A stretch of DNA of 64,000 nucleotides from Macrostomum lignano. Its lineage: Eukaryota. Shown piece by piece: positions 1 to 13,600 of this stretch. Within the stretch, counting starts at the first letter, position 1. Each line of letters opens with the position of its first letter. A program made the translations under genes and the position numbers. The stretch covers positions 124,001 through 188,000 of the forward strand of contig NIVC01001994.1 in the NCBI GenBank assembly GCA_002269645.1, read 5' to 3'. The notes under the pieces are model-generated. The model was not told where the DNA came from, did no database searches, and saw nothing but the letters and a program-made list of their open reading frames with translations.

Positions 1-106
1 GAGTTCATAGCGGTGACTATAGTTTTTGACGGAATGATTCTAAAAAGTTCTTGATATTGTCAGAGGATCTCTTTTTACTTCTTAAAAAAGTGATGTTTCT
101 ACTTAC

Positions 107-538
107 TTGGTCCAGTTGCTGGGCGGCAGTCACAGTGCCCTGGCTCAATCCAGCCTTGCTCGCCAGTTCCTCGAACGCCGGGATATCTTCGAGGTCCGGC
201 ACAAATCTGATAGCGCTGCTGCAGCAGTTGAGTCCGCCACTGCGGATCATGCGGACGTAGCCCATGGCGTTGCCGATCTGCGTGATGAGCAGCCGAAAAT
301 GGTCCAGGAAGGTCAGGCCCTCGTCTGGGTGCGGGGTGGGGGGGGTTGATGCGGCTGGGACTGACTGATGGCAGAGATACAGACAGATAGACACTAAGAC
401 AGACGGGGACCGACAGACCGGGACAGATAGACAGGGAGACAGACAGGCAGACAGACAGACACAGACACAGACAGACAGACAGACAGACACAGACAGACAG
501 ACACAGACAGACAGACAGACACAGACAGACAGACAGAC

Positions 539-569
<31 letters not shown>

Positions 570-3500
570 CAGACAGACAGACAGACAGCCGTCACTCACC
601 CGTGACCCCCAGCTGCCGGATCCCCTTATTGAACTTGTCTGCCCTCTCAAACGGGAACATCTGGTCCTTGGCGCCGCCTTCGACGTGATTTTCCAGGAAA
701 TGCCGCCGATCCTTAATCAGGCGCGCCTTGATATGCTCGTCAAACATAAACTGAGAGAAAATGAAGAACTTCTTGCGCAAATACTGATAGGTGTAATTAA
801 CCGTTGTGTTCATTATGCCGGTGCCGTGGGTTCGAATAGAGTTGGCGACATGACGAATATTGATGGTGTTCAAGTGCTTGTTGTTTGAAGCCTTCTCAAC
901 GAAGATTTGGTTGTTAAGGTTGTACAGGTACTTGGCAACGAATACGTTAATGTTGCGCATGATCTCTAGCACGTCCAGGCCCTGTGGAAGGGGCGGTGTT
1001 TGAACAGAGGGTATTTGATTCTTTTATTTCGATTCTTGAGGGTTGTTTATGGCTATTCTTGAGGGTTGTTTATGGCGATTCTCGAGGGTTGTTTATGGCG
1101 ATTCTTGAGGGTTGTTTATGGCGATTCTTGAGGGTTGTTTATGACGATTCTTGAGGGTTGTTTATGGCGATTCTTGAGGGTTGTTTATAGCGATTCTTGA
1201 CGGTTGTTTATGACGATTTATGAGGGTTGTTTATGGCGATTCTTGACGGTTGTTTATGACGATTCTTGAGGGTTGTCTATGGCGATTCTTGAGGGTTGTT
1301 TATGGCTATTCTTGAGGGTTGTTTATGGCGATTCTCGAGGGTTGTTTTTGGCGATTCTTGAGGGTTGTTTTTGGCGATTCTTGAGGGTTGTTTATGGCGA
1401 TTCTTGAGGGTTGTTTATGGCGATTCTCGAGGGTTGTTTATGACGATTCTTGAGGGTTGTTTATGGCGATTCTTGAGGGTTGTTTATGACGATTCTTGAG
1501 GGTTGTCTTTGGCGATTCTTGAGGGTTGTTTTTGGCGATTCTTGAGGGTTGTTTATGGCGATTCTTGAGGGTTGTTTATGGCGATTCTTGAGGGTTGTTT
1601 ATGGCGATTCTTGAGGGTTGTTTATGACGATTCTTGAGGGTTGTTTTTGGCGATTCTTGAGGGTTGTTTATGGCGATTCTTGAGGGTTGTTTATGACGAT
1701 TCTTGAGGGTTGTTTATGGCGATTCTTGAGGGTTGTTTATGGCGATTCTTGAGGGTTGTTTATGGCGATTCTTGAGGGTTGTTTATGACGATTCTTGAGG
1801 GTTGTTTTTGGCGATTCTTGAGGGTTGTTAATGGCGATTCTTGAGGGTTGTTTTTGGCGATTCTTGAGGGTTGTTTATGGCGATTCTTGAGGGTTGTTTA
1901 TGGCGATTCTTGAGGGTTGTTTATGACGATTCTTGAGGGTTGTTTATGACGATTCTTGAGGGTTGTTTATGGCGATTCTTGAGGGTTGTTTATTGCGATT
2001 CTTGAGGGTTGTTTATGGCGATTCTTGAGGGTTGTTTATGGCGATTCTTGAGGGTTGTTTATGGCGATTCTTGAGGGTTGTTTATGGCGATTCTTGAGGG
2101 TTGTTTACGGCGATTCTTGAGGGTTGTTTATGGCGATTCTTGAGGGTTGTTTATGACGATTCTTGAGGGTTGTTTATGGCGATTCTTGAGGGTTGTTTAT
2201 GGCGATTCTTGAGGGTTGTTTATGGCGACTCTTGGGGGTTGTTTATGGCAATTCTCGAGGGTTGTTTATGGCGATTCTTGAGGGTTGTTTATGACGATTC
2301 TTGAGGGTTGTTTATGGCGATTCTTGAGGGTTGTTTATGGCGATTCTTGACGGTTGTTTATGACGATTCTTGAGGGTTGTTTATGGCGATTCTTGACGGT
2401 TGTTTATGACGATTCTTGAGGGTTGTTTATGGCGATTCTTGACGGTTGTTTATGACGATTCTTGAGGGTTGTTTATGGCGATTCTTGAGGGTTGTTTATG
2501 ACGATTCTTGAGGGTTGTTTATGGCGATTCTTGACGGTTGTTTATGACGATTCTTGAGGGTTGTTTATGGCGATTCTTGAGGGTTGTTTATGACGATTCT
2601 TGAGGGTTGTTTATGGCGATTCTTGAGGGTTGTTTATAGCGATTCTTGACGGTTGTTTATGACGATTCTTGAGGGTTGTTTATGGCGATTCTTGACGGTT
2701 GTTTATGACGATTCTTGAGGGTTGTTTATGGCGATTCTTGAGGGTTGTTTATGGCGATTCTTGAGGGTTGTTTATGACGATTCTTGAGGGTTGTTTATGG
2801 CGATTCTTGAGGGTTGTTTTATGGCGATTCTTAAGGGTTGTTTATGGCGATTCTTGAGGGTTGTTTATGGCGATTCTTGAGGGTTGTTTATGGCGATTCT
2901 AGGGACAATTGTTAAGGGGTTTTACATGAGAATAATTAATTGCAATAAAAATAGGATTAACCTGCTCCAACTGCTGGCTAGGCAAGTGAGGCTCAACCAA
3001 GTACAATCGGTACTGCTGCTGGGCAAGGCTCTTCATCTCGGCGTAAGTTCGCCAATCGTGCAGAGCTACGGTTGTTAAATTGTAAAACGTCCTGTCTAGA
3101 TAAGCTTCCACTTCGGCTTTTAAATTTAGATAAGTTTGAAAAGTACGAATTGGCCGACAGGTCAACAGGTGCACCAGGTCGCGCCGTCCGACGCGCAACG
3201 GGTTGCGGTCGTCCAGCTGCAGGTGGGCGTGAATCTGCAGTCGTAGGTCGGTTTCAACATCGCGACACAGCGGTGCAACGACGGACTCGCGAGCAGCCGA
3301 CAGACATTCGGATTCGAAAGCTTCAACCACACCGGATGGCGACGCGGCGTGGCGAGCACCCAGCAGGAACCGGCTGGCGTCGGCTAGAGCGGCGAACAGG
3401 TAATGCACCCGGTTGACGTCTTGGCCACCGGTGTACAGGTCGGCCAGGTGAATCTGCAGGACAGGCCGCTGGCCGTGCCAGATTAAAAAGGCGCAATCGG

Positions 3501-6500
3501 TGGCTTCGGCGATCAGAGTGTCCAAACTGGCGACGAGCTCGAGCTTGCGCAGAGTTGAAGACAGGAGGCTGAGCTCGTCATCTCTGAGGGGGGTCATCAG
3601 TTTATTATTAAGCACTATTACTGATGCTATTCATTTTATGGCTCTATTATCATTGTATTAATTCTATTATAATTACTGTTCTTTTAAACCAAAACTACTA
3701 CTGTCATAACTTTACTACTTAGCAACTACTACTACTACTAGTACTACTACTACTACTATTACTACTGCTACTACTACTACTACTATTACTACCACTACTG
3801 CTGCTGCGGCTATTATTACTACTACTTCTACTACTACTACTACTACTGCTATTACTACTACTGCAGCTGCTACTACTACTACTGCTACTACTACTACTAC
3901 TACTGCAGCGGCTATTACTACTACTACTACTACTACTACTATTACTACTACTACTTCTACTACTACTACTACTATTATTACTACTACTATTACTACTACT
4001 ACTACTGCCGCTGCTACTACTACTGCTACTACTACTACTACTGCTGCTGCGGCTATTATTACTACTACTACCACTACTACTTCCACTACTACTTACTACA
4101 ACTATTACTACTACTACTACTGCAGCTGCTACTACTACTACTGCTACCACTGCAGGCCTCACCGAAACGTTTTCCCAGTATTGGCCATACACAGACCCAG
4201 CTGCACCAGACACAGCCGGTCCTGGGTTGGCGGCCCATTCAAACAATTCTCAGCCAAGATGATGGCGGACAGCAGGTCCAGCTTGCGCTGAGAATAGTGC
4301 CTATCAGTGGAGCCAATCAAACGTTTTTTAGCCGCGTGCAGAGCCTGATGAGCCGCGTAGCTAAAATGCTGCTGCACGTTGGAGAAATTGCTGGCTAGAA
4401 ACACTGTGCGGCGCTGGTAGACTGATTGGATCACCTGCAATTTGTGTTCACGTTCATGTTTGTGATGCTTTGTGACCGATAGTTTTAAGTGCCTTTAACT
4501 CTTATTTTATCCCACATTTTATTACTTCCCTTTCTTCTCTACCTACTTCTCTCGACGCATTTATTTACTTCTCTCTCCCCCCCCCCTGATCTACATCTCC
4601 CCTTTATCTACATCTCTCTCCCTTTATGTACATCTCTCTACCCTTTAAGTACATCTCTCTACCCTTTATCTACATCTCTCTCCCTTTATGTACATCTCTC
4701 TCCTTTATGTACATCTCTTTCCCTATATCTACATCTCTCTCCCATTTATCTACATCTCTCTCCCATTTATCTACATCTCTCTCCCATTTATCTACATCCC
4801 TCCCCGGCTATCTATCAATTTTCACCTTGAGCAGTTCAATCATGCGAAACATGGCCAACAGACAGGGCTTTGTAACTCGGGTCTGGGTTCTCGAATGCAG
4901 AGTCAAAACCGTAGTGACCAGATGTCGCAGACGGAAGGCCAACGACAGGCCTTCCAGAAGCAGGCTGGCCTTCACGTTGAGATCTCCGGCGACGGAGTCG
5001 GCTCGACGGAAGCTGCCTTCCATTCTGGCGGACCAAGATTGAACTAGGCTGAGCAGAGCCTGAGCATCCCGAGTCATGCTTGAGTCCCGATCAGCTAACC
5101 AAGACCGACGGTGATCCGCCACTGCCGATAGGGCCTGCCGGGTTTGGTGGGGTGATTTTTGTGGTTTGGGGGCGATTTTTGTGGTTTGGGGGGCGATTCT
5201 TGTGGTTTGGGGCGATTCTTGTGGTTTGGGGCGATTCTTGTGGTTTAGGGGCGATTTTTGTGGTTTGGGAGGCGATACTTGTGGTTTGGGGCGATTTTTG
5301 TGGTTTAGGGGCGATTTTTGTGGTTTGGGAGGCAATTCTTGTGGTTTGGGGGCGATTTTTGTGGTTTGGGGGCGATTCTTGTGGTTTACGGGCGACTTTT
5401 GTGGTTTGGGAGGCGATTCTTGTCATCTGTGAGCGATTCTTGTGGTTTGGGGGCGATTCTTGTGGTTTAGGGGCGATTTTTGTGGTTTGGGAGGCGATTC
5501 TTGTGGTTTGGGGCGATTTTTGTGGTTTATGGGCGATTCTTGTGGTTTATGGGCGATTGTTGTGGTTTGGGAGGCGATTCTTGTGGTTTAGGAGGCGATT
5601 CTTTTCATTTTTGGGCGATTCTTGTGGTTTAGGAGCGATTCTTGTGGTTTATGGGCGATTCTTGAGGTTTATGGGCGATTCCTGTGGTTTGGGGGCGATT
5701 CTTTTCATTTTTCGGCGATTCTTTTTGTGGTTTAGGGGCGATTCTTGTGGTTTGGGAGGCAATTCTTGTGGTTTGGGGGCGATTTTTGTGGTTTGGGGGC
5801 GATTCTTGTGGTTTGGGGCGATTCTCGTGGTTTACGGGCGACTTTTGTGGTTTGGGAGGCGATTCTTGTCGTCTGTGAGCGATTCTTGTGGTTTGGGGGC
5901 GATTCTTGTGGTTTAGGGGCGATTTTTGTGGTTTGGGAGGCGATTCTTGTGGTTTGGGGCGATTTTTGTGGTTTATGGGCGATTCTTGTGGTTTATGGGC
6001 GATTGTTGTGGTTTGGGAGGCGATTCTTGTGGTTTAGGAGGCGATTCTTTTCATTTTTGGGCGATTCTTGTGGTTTAGGAGCGATTCTTGTGGTTTATGG
6101 GCGATTCTTGAGGTTTATGGGCGATTCCTGTGGTTTGGGGGCGATTCTTTTCATTTTTGGGCGATTCTTCTTGTGGTTTAGGGGCGATTCTTGTGGCTTA
6201 AGAGCGATCCCTGTGGTTTGGGGCGATTCTTGTGGTTTGGGGGCGATTCTTTTAGAAAAATTACAGCTTACATACCTTCGTATCCAGTAGTTTTTTAACG
6301 TGAGGGGAGAGTTTAGTGTAGAGAAATTCGCACGGATAGAACAGCACATTGCCGGCAATATACACAGCCGGCAGTCGCTTGTGCAAACCCCACAGCTCTT
6401 TAAGCGTGTTCTTGTCCATTGAGTGGAAGATGTTGAAATAAAGCACGTACAGACCGCATAGGCCGATATATCTGCTTCGTTCTTTGGTTTCAACCGCCTG

Positions 6501-6686
6501 TAAAAGCGAGAGGGGGAGATAGAGGTTGAGAATAGAGGGTGGACGAGGTAGAGCATAGAGAGAAGGTAGAGAATGGAGGTAGAGAGATGGAGAGAGAGAG
6601 AGAGAGAAAGAGAGAGATAGAGAGAGAGAGATAGAGAGATAGATAGATAGATAGAGTGAGTGAGAGAGAGTGAGTGAAAGAGAGAC

Positions 6687-6782
<96 letters not shown>

Positions 6783-9540
6783 GTCACGGCGTGTTAAAAA
6801 TTTAGTACGAGCGATATAGGCTACCGATTTCAAGCCTCTGGGCTTTTCGTCAGGCCAAAAATGGAGAGGGAGGGGGAGGTTGAGAATGTTGAGAGAGGGG
6901 GAGGTTGAGAATGGAGAGAGATGGGGACTGGGGAGGTTGAGATTCTGAGAATGGAAAGAGACAGGGAGAGGTGGAGAATGGAGAGAGATTGAGAATGGAG
7001 AGGGAGAGGTAGAGAATTTAGAGAGGGAGAGGTGGAGAATGGAGAGAGGGAGAGGTAGATATCCAGGCAGATATCCACGGTAGGCACGAAGGGGTAAAAA
7101 AGTATTTCTGAATTAGACTGATTCAAACCTGATTAGACTCAATCCTAGCGTCCAGCTGTTGAAATATCGATCTGATACTGCTGAGAAACTCCTCAGCTAG
7201 TCGAGAATTCTTGCTAACAGCGATCCCAGAATCGTCGAAAAGCTGTTCAGCGCAGCTCTGGAAGATACTACTGTCCAGTAGTTCGCCTTGCAGGCTCATT
7301 AGAATTTTTTCAAACGATTTCACTTGGCCAATATCGAATGAGTATTTGGCTGGGTCGTGTTTGACGGCGGTGACGAGTTTCTTGAAGACCGACCAGTCCT
7401 CCTGGCGAGGTTTGAAAAGTCGATTTTAAGTTTCAGTGATTTAGATAAATAGATAGATGGGTAGATAGATAAAGATGTATAGATAGATAAAAGCACGGTT
7501 GTTGTCCACTGTGCACGCATCCCCAAAGGGGGGCTCGAGAGCTAGTCTACATACACTAAAAATATCGAAATCAAACAAATTCACCTGAATAACAACTGTA
7601 CTATTAGGCGAACTCAACAGTTCGTCCAGACTAATTAGACAGCCCAACAGCTCGCAGAGCGCGCTAAACACCGGACCCAGCTTGATGCCAGTCATATCAG
7701 GTAGGCCAGCCCTCGACTTGCTGGCATCGTACAGGCAGGCCAACTGTTGCACAGTGTGCCTGACTGTCTCTTCGCAGCGACGTTTAAACGAAACCAGATC
7801 TTGAAATAGCGGCAGCATTCGAGCCATCCGATTCCAGCTGTGAGCGGCGGGGTCACGGCCCGAAGCTGATTCGTCCACTGACGGCTCGCCGTAGCAGGCG
7901 AATGGGCGCAGGCGTGTGTCGCCGCCTGGAGGGGTTTAGTACAGATCATGACTTGACTCCTAGGGACATTTTGGATCGATTCTAAAGAATCTATGGGCGA
8001 ACCTCTAAAATGAAATTCACATTATTTTTAATTATTCTTCTAGTATTCTAGAAGTCTAGAAGTTATTAAGAATCTAGATTCTTAATAAATTAACAAGCAT
8101 TCATGATAGAAAGAATGGAGCTCATATAGACGATTCTTAGACTTTGTAGACGATTCTAAGACTTTATGGACGATTCTTAGACATGATGGACAATTCTTAG
8201 ACTTTATGACCGATTCTTAGACATTATGGACGATTCTTAGACATGATGGACGATTCTTAGACATGATGGACGATTCTTAGACATGATGGACGATTCTTAG
8301 ACTTATGGACGATTCTTAGACATGATGGACGATTCTTAGACATGATGGACGACACAGATTTTATGGACGACTCTTAGACTTTATGAACGATTCTTAGACA
8401 TGATGGACGATTCTTAGACATTATGGACGATTCTTAGACATGATGAACGACTCAGACTTTATGGACGATTCTTAGACATGATGAACGACTCAGACTTTAT
8501 GGACGATTCTTAGACATGATGAACGACTCAGACTTTATGGACGATTCTTAGACTTTATGAACGATTCTTAGACATGATGGACGATTCTTAGACTTATGGA
8601 CGATTCTTAGACATTATGGACGATTCTTAGACTTATGGACGATTCTTAGACTTATGGACGATTCTTAGACATTATGGACGATTCTTAGACATGATGGACG
8701 ATTCTTAGACATGATGGACGATTCTTAGACTTATGGACGATTCTTAGACTTATGGACGATTCTTAGACATTATGGACGATTCTTAGACATGATGGACGAT
8801 TCTCAGACATGATGAACGACTCAGACTTTATGGACGATTCTTAGACATGATGGACGACACAGATTTTATGGACGACTCTTAGACTTTATGAACGATTCTT
8901 AGACAAGATGGACGATTCTAAGGCATGTTAAATTCTTTTTAGAGACTGGAGATTCTTTAAGGCACTTCGAGGGAATATTAGAAATTTCAGAGACTTTATT
9001 TATGGCTGATCCACTAATGCCCTTTTCGGGGCGATTTTTAAATACTAGCAGGAAGACATATTTTCTAGGACTAAATAAGCGAAGGTGATTATTATAGGTT
9101 AACTAAACCATTCATAGGGACTAATTGTTGGATGGAGGCTTTAGGGTTTTTGTTGTGCTGCAACAGGTACACATGTACATGTACACTATGTACGCACCTT
9201 CAGCAGCCAGAAACTTCATCTCCTTAATAAGATAAGCCAATGTGAGTGCCACTTTGTTAAAATTGACATTATCAGTGTTGGCCAACTCTCGAAGATTTGT
9301 GTGCTCTAGTGGACTGAAATTCAGCAGCACAGGATCAATAAAAGTGTCAGGCACCTCAGAAGCATGTCCAATGGCTGTGGAAATTTCCCAAGACTTCTGC
9401 AAATGTTGTTGCAAAAATGTTGAGAATCTTTTTAACTGAACTAGACCAGCTTCTTTGCGGGACCCATCGTCAAAGCTGTCAAATCGCCATTCAGATGCGA
9501 CAGATGCTGCAGATGTGGACAATTGTAGCTCTCTGGACAT
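107..9540 (-). CDS. WASHC4: WASH complex subunit 4 (SWIP/KIAA1033), 5' part; 9 coding exons, continues beyond position 1
   Basis: Exons 9540-9198, 7925-7585, 7401-7129, 6497-6276, 5134-4826, 4434-4163, 3583-2962, 981-600, 324-107; all GT-AG with matching phases. Peptides [72 protein letters not shown] and RFVPDLEDI match remembered WASHC4 sequence. Confidence 0.95.
360..590. repeat. (GACA)n-type microsatellite in WASHC4 intron
   Basis: GACA/GACACA tandem repeats between exons 981-600 and 324-107. Confidence 0.95.
1030..2900. repeat. 23-bp minisatellite (GGCGATTCTTGAGGGTTGTTTAT), about 80 copies, fills WASHC4 intron 7
   Basis: Directly visible tandem array within intron 982-2961. Confidence 0.97.
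3700..4150. repeat. Degenerate (CTA)n/(CTG)n trinucleotide repeat, WASHC4 intron 6
   Basis: ACT/GCT triplet runs within intron 3584-4162. Confidence 0.95.
4570..4800. repeat. Pyrimidine-rich ~23-bp minisatellite (CCCTTTATCTACATCTCTCTC-like), WASHC4 intron 5
   Basis: Visible tandem copies. Confidence 0.85.
5155..6250. repeat. 19-21-bp minisatellite (GGCGATTCTTGTGGTTTGGG), WASHC4 intron 4
   Basis: Tandem array with an internal higher-order duplication. Confidence 0.95.
6560..7050. repeat. (GA)n and GA-rich degenerate repeats, WASHC4 intron 3
   Basis: Long (GA)n runs and GAGAATGGAGAG units. Confidence 0.9.
8125..8920. repeat. 19-20-bp minisatellite (GGACGATTCTTAGACATGAT), WASHC4 intron 1
   Basis: Visible tandem array. 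Confidence 0.95.
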
Positions 9541-9924
9541 CACTACTGCATGCAATATATTTAATGAAAAATAGACATTGCTGAAAAATGACAATTCAAT
9601 GGCTTAAAACAGGCTTTAGCAGTTTTCTAATGTCAGATTTGTGCATGTTAGGTGTTGGTGGCAGTTGAATATCAGAATGTGTAGGCATAGTTTTAATATA
9701 TGGCACTTATCACTATATTTGTTTCTATCTAAGTAATGTTAAAGAAAGCAGGTAATATTTTATATAAAATACACTTTTATTTAAATAAATAAAGGTCAAT
9801 ATCAACATGAAGTTTTTAAATTATAACATTTTTGTTTGAAAAACTATCTAGTACTCAGATGCCAATTAGCATTAGTTTAAGTAGTTGAATAGTAATTGAA
9901 TACCTAAATAGTAATAGCTAAATA

Positions 9925-10694
9925 CAAGGGGTGTCCTAGAAGTAGTGTCACTTTTGCTTGCTTCTACGAGTATTAATGTGAGTTAAAAAATCATATGCCC
10001 TAAAAGTTAGTAGCTTATTTTAGCTTTCATACCATGAAAGTCCAATTTTTATAATTGCTTCCTGCTGTAAGCATGCATTTGTTTACATATCCTTGGCCAT
10101 AGAAATACACACCACATAATGCTTCTATGCTCACTCAGAAGAAAGCCACAAGTACAGCTGATCAAGCACAGAGTTGCAAGACAGCAGCTGCAAGATCTGT
10201 TCCACTCATGGACCCTAACTTTCACTCTACAGAAGGGCAGAGACATGCAATCTTTACACTTTGGAGTCTTGGTCAGAAATGCCCTGATATTCACGAAAAC
10301 CTGACCTGCATTCATAGTCCCAACTCCCAATGCCATCAGTTGGCGACAGTTTACAGGTAGAACAAACAGGCTAGCAGTGTGTTGCCAACTTATCCAAAAG
10401 TTAGGGTCCATGAGTGGAACAAATCTTGTAGCTGCTGTCTTGCAACTCTGTGCTTGATTAGCTCTACTTGTGGCTTTCTTCTGAGTGAGCATAGAAGCAT
10501 TATGTGGTGTGTATTTCTATGGCTAAGGGTATGCGAACAAATGCATGCTTACAGCAGGAAGCAATTATAAAAATTGGACTTTCATGGCATGAAAGCTAAA
10601 ATAAGCCGCTAACTTTTAGGGCATTTGATTTTTTAACACACATTAATACTTGTGGAAGCAAGCAAAAGTGACACTACTTATGGGACACCCCTTG
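9925..10694. mobile_element. Tc1/mariner-type MITE, 770 bp, with ~298-bp inverted arms and TA target duplication
   Basis: TA|CAAGGGGTGTCC ... GGACACCCCTTG|TA; arms 9925-10222 and 10397-10694 are near-perfect reverse complements around a 174-bp spacer; no coding capacity. Confidence 0.9.
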
Positions 10695-13600
10695 TAGTTG
10701 AGTAGTTGAATAGATTTTAAGTGAATTTTAAAAAGTAATAGTCATTTTTGTAACAAGATAGTTTGGAAACAATTTGGTAAATTACTTTAATAACAATTAA
10801 GAGACAATGGCATGAATTATTTGTGATGACATACAGTGTAGTGTGTTGTTGTATGAGAGGAGGTTGGGGGAAGTGGGGTAGGAATGTTTATTATTACGAT
10901 GCATTATCCATTGCTTGCTTGCTATTCTTTCCTTCCTTTCCTTTTCCCCTTTTGATTTGCATACATGTATGAGAGACCCTCAAGGGTCTTTGTTGCTTGT
11001 GTATGGTGCTTGCTAAATATATAGAAGCAACTGGCTCTTTTAGAGCCTCAACCTACTTTTGCAGTAGACACGGTCTACTTTAATGACTAATTATTAATTA
11101 TAGATAACCTATATCAACTATAAATTTTACCTAGTATAACACTTTTTTAATCTTAGCCTATTTTTTTCAGAACTAGAACTATATGCCTACAACTTTTAAG
11201 GTTTCAAAAACATGCTATCAAGCAAAACTCAGTTGGAAAACAAAGCAAAATTGACAATTTTATTTAGGAAGGCACAAAAACATTTTGAGCTTTTCACTAA
11301 TCACTGAAATGAGTAATTTTTTATATCAATTGTTTTTTAATTTTGTCTATTGTAGAAAGCAATACTTATAGGTTTTCTATTCAGTATTAATAAAATAAGT
11401 GCAAAGTTAGTAATTTATGATTGTTCATTAGCAGATTGCATATAAATATATTTAATTTAATTTAATTAGCCTATGGTATAGTCTTGTTTATATATATTAT
11501 CAAGCTCTAATTTGCCTTTTGATAAAAACAAAGGAATTTTATTTCAACAATTACATTTTTGCATAAGGCCTATAGGCCTATTGTTTCATCAGGACTTAAG
11601 GCAAAATCAAGCATAGAAATAGCAGTAAAATGCAACAAAAACTATAGAGCAGTTACAATAAATCTATTCACTATAATTATAAAGATCCTTAAAAAGCTCA
11701 TATGCACATGCATTGCATGAATTAATACCATGTAATAAGGTGAGCATTAGATAGGCCTAATCATGTGTTTAAAGTATTTTTAGTCTTTTTATGTAACATG
11801 GGTGCCAAGGTTGACATAACCTTAAGGCCAAGTTTTAGCTGGTACATTTTTTGATATTATGACAATCATTTTTTGATAAACCAGCATGCTTTCATGTTCA
11901 CTGTTTTACTTACTTTAGGCTTTTAAAGTTTTAATTTAGGTTTTTCTAAGAATCAGAATAGGCTCTGGCTGTGTCCAACACTTTCTTTCTACTATAGTCT
12001 GTTTATGATATATACTTTACTTGGGTGGGTCCTAGTCATTTTGTCACCTGGAGTTTTGTCAACTAGCAATTTCGTCAACTTTGTTTGCTTTAGTTATTTC
12101 ATCAACTAGCCAATGAAGCAGTCTCAACAAAACTTGACTGGTTTCAATATAAATAAATTGTAATATAATTTTGAACTTTGAACATCTTCAAAATTTCTAG
12201 GCAGTTGTTATTTGTCTAGTGACTAGACAAATAGCGATATGGTTATTTGTCCAGTTACTGGATAATGGCTATGCTTTCCCATTCATCTGGTTAATACCAG
12301 ACAAATAGGCTTTTTATTATTTGACCGGTTAAATTGATAATGCTAAAATATCTATTTTATAAAAATTGCAAGGGTTAATATTCCTAGACTTCAAAGCCTT
12401 CTTAATTGTATCAAGAATATATTAGTTAGCTATTTATTCTAAAACATTTAGTAAGTAAAAATATTTAGTAATAACTATCAATTGTCAAAGCCCTAGATCC
12501 ATCCATAATTTGCCATACTTTAAGACATGGTAGATATTGATTGACACGACATTGACACATGGTGTCTAAAATGCAAAAATTGGTATTCTTTCATTTTACA
12601 ATCACATAGCACTATCTATATGGGAGTTAAGATTTTCAATATACAATCCCCCTTAGAAGATAAATTCCCTATTGGAATAAGTTGACAAAATGCAGACAAC
12701 CGTCCGTTGCATTTTTGGATTCTTCTAGTGTCGCATCGCGCCACTCACGCAACAGTGGTGTCAAGTGGTGTGTCGTGTCGCGCGACACTGTGGAAACCTG
12801 GTGTCATCATGCATCACGTTGCGCAATGTGACAGTGTGGCAACTTGGCAGCTGGCATTGTCATGACTCATGTGTCGCGTTGTGGCCTGGATCTGTTGCCA
12901 AAACCTCGCAAATTGTTTCATTGTAATATGTTAGTAGTAGTAGTAGTAAGTTGACTCAGGCAAGAAGCCTGTTTGGCCAATATATTTCTGTGTATTTAAG
13001 ATTACTTCAGGAACAGAAGGCAATATTTTAGCATTATTTAACTACAATTGTATGAGTTTTGCCATATGGTATTTGAAAGAACGCGTAAATGCTGTTGACG
13101 AAACTTTGGACAACTAACGTTCGAAGTGAAAGAAAAAGCAAGGAGTTAAAAAGTATTGCGTGAAATAACTGAAATTTATGTATGTAGCTGGCGATATTGC
13201 GCATAAATCCAGTTTAGCCCATAGGTTATAAAAATAAATTATATAGGTTATATAATAAATTATATTAATCAGGTGATTACAAAATTGTATAACATATAAT
13301 ATTTGAAAGAGCGTATAGGATTTTTTTGCGGTTTGTACGGACGAAATATATGAACAAACAACAGAACGACAGGTAATTAGGAAGAGAGTTATAAAAACAG
13401 GTACCGTATGGCTTCTTTTTTGTACTACGTTCACGGTTGTTTCTCGGTATTTAAATGTTTCAAACATGTTTGATACTAACTAGTTGTTGAACTGTTTTTT
13501 TTTATTTTGACGGTAAAGTAACTAATACTTAAAATATAATTTTAGAAATTTTACTTGTTAGTTACAATGCGTGCGTTGTTTTTCTAAGTGTTGTAACTTT

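Noticed and set aside
1030-2900. CRISPR-like array
   Set aside because: Units are contiguous with no unique spacers, there are no cas genes, and the context is a spliceosomal intron; the same holds for all other arrays in the window.
3715-4246. Poly-Val and poly-Ser ORFs
   Set aside because: Translations of an intronic trinucleotide repeat.
5080-6290. Long hydrophobic ORFs ([10 protein letters not shown]...)
   Set aside because: Stop-free readings of the intron 4 minisatellite, antisense to WASHC4.
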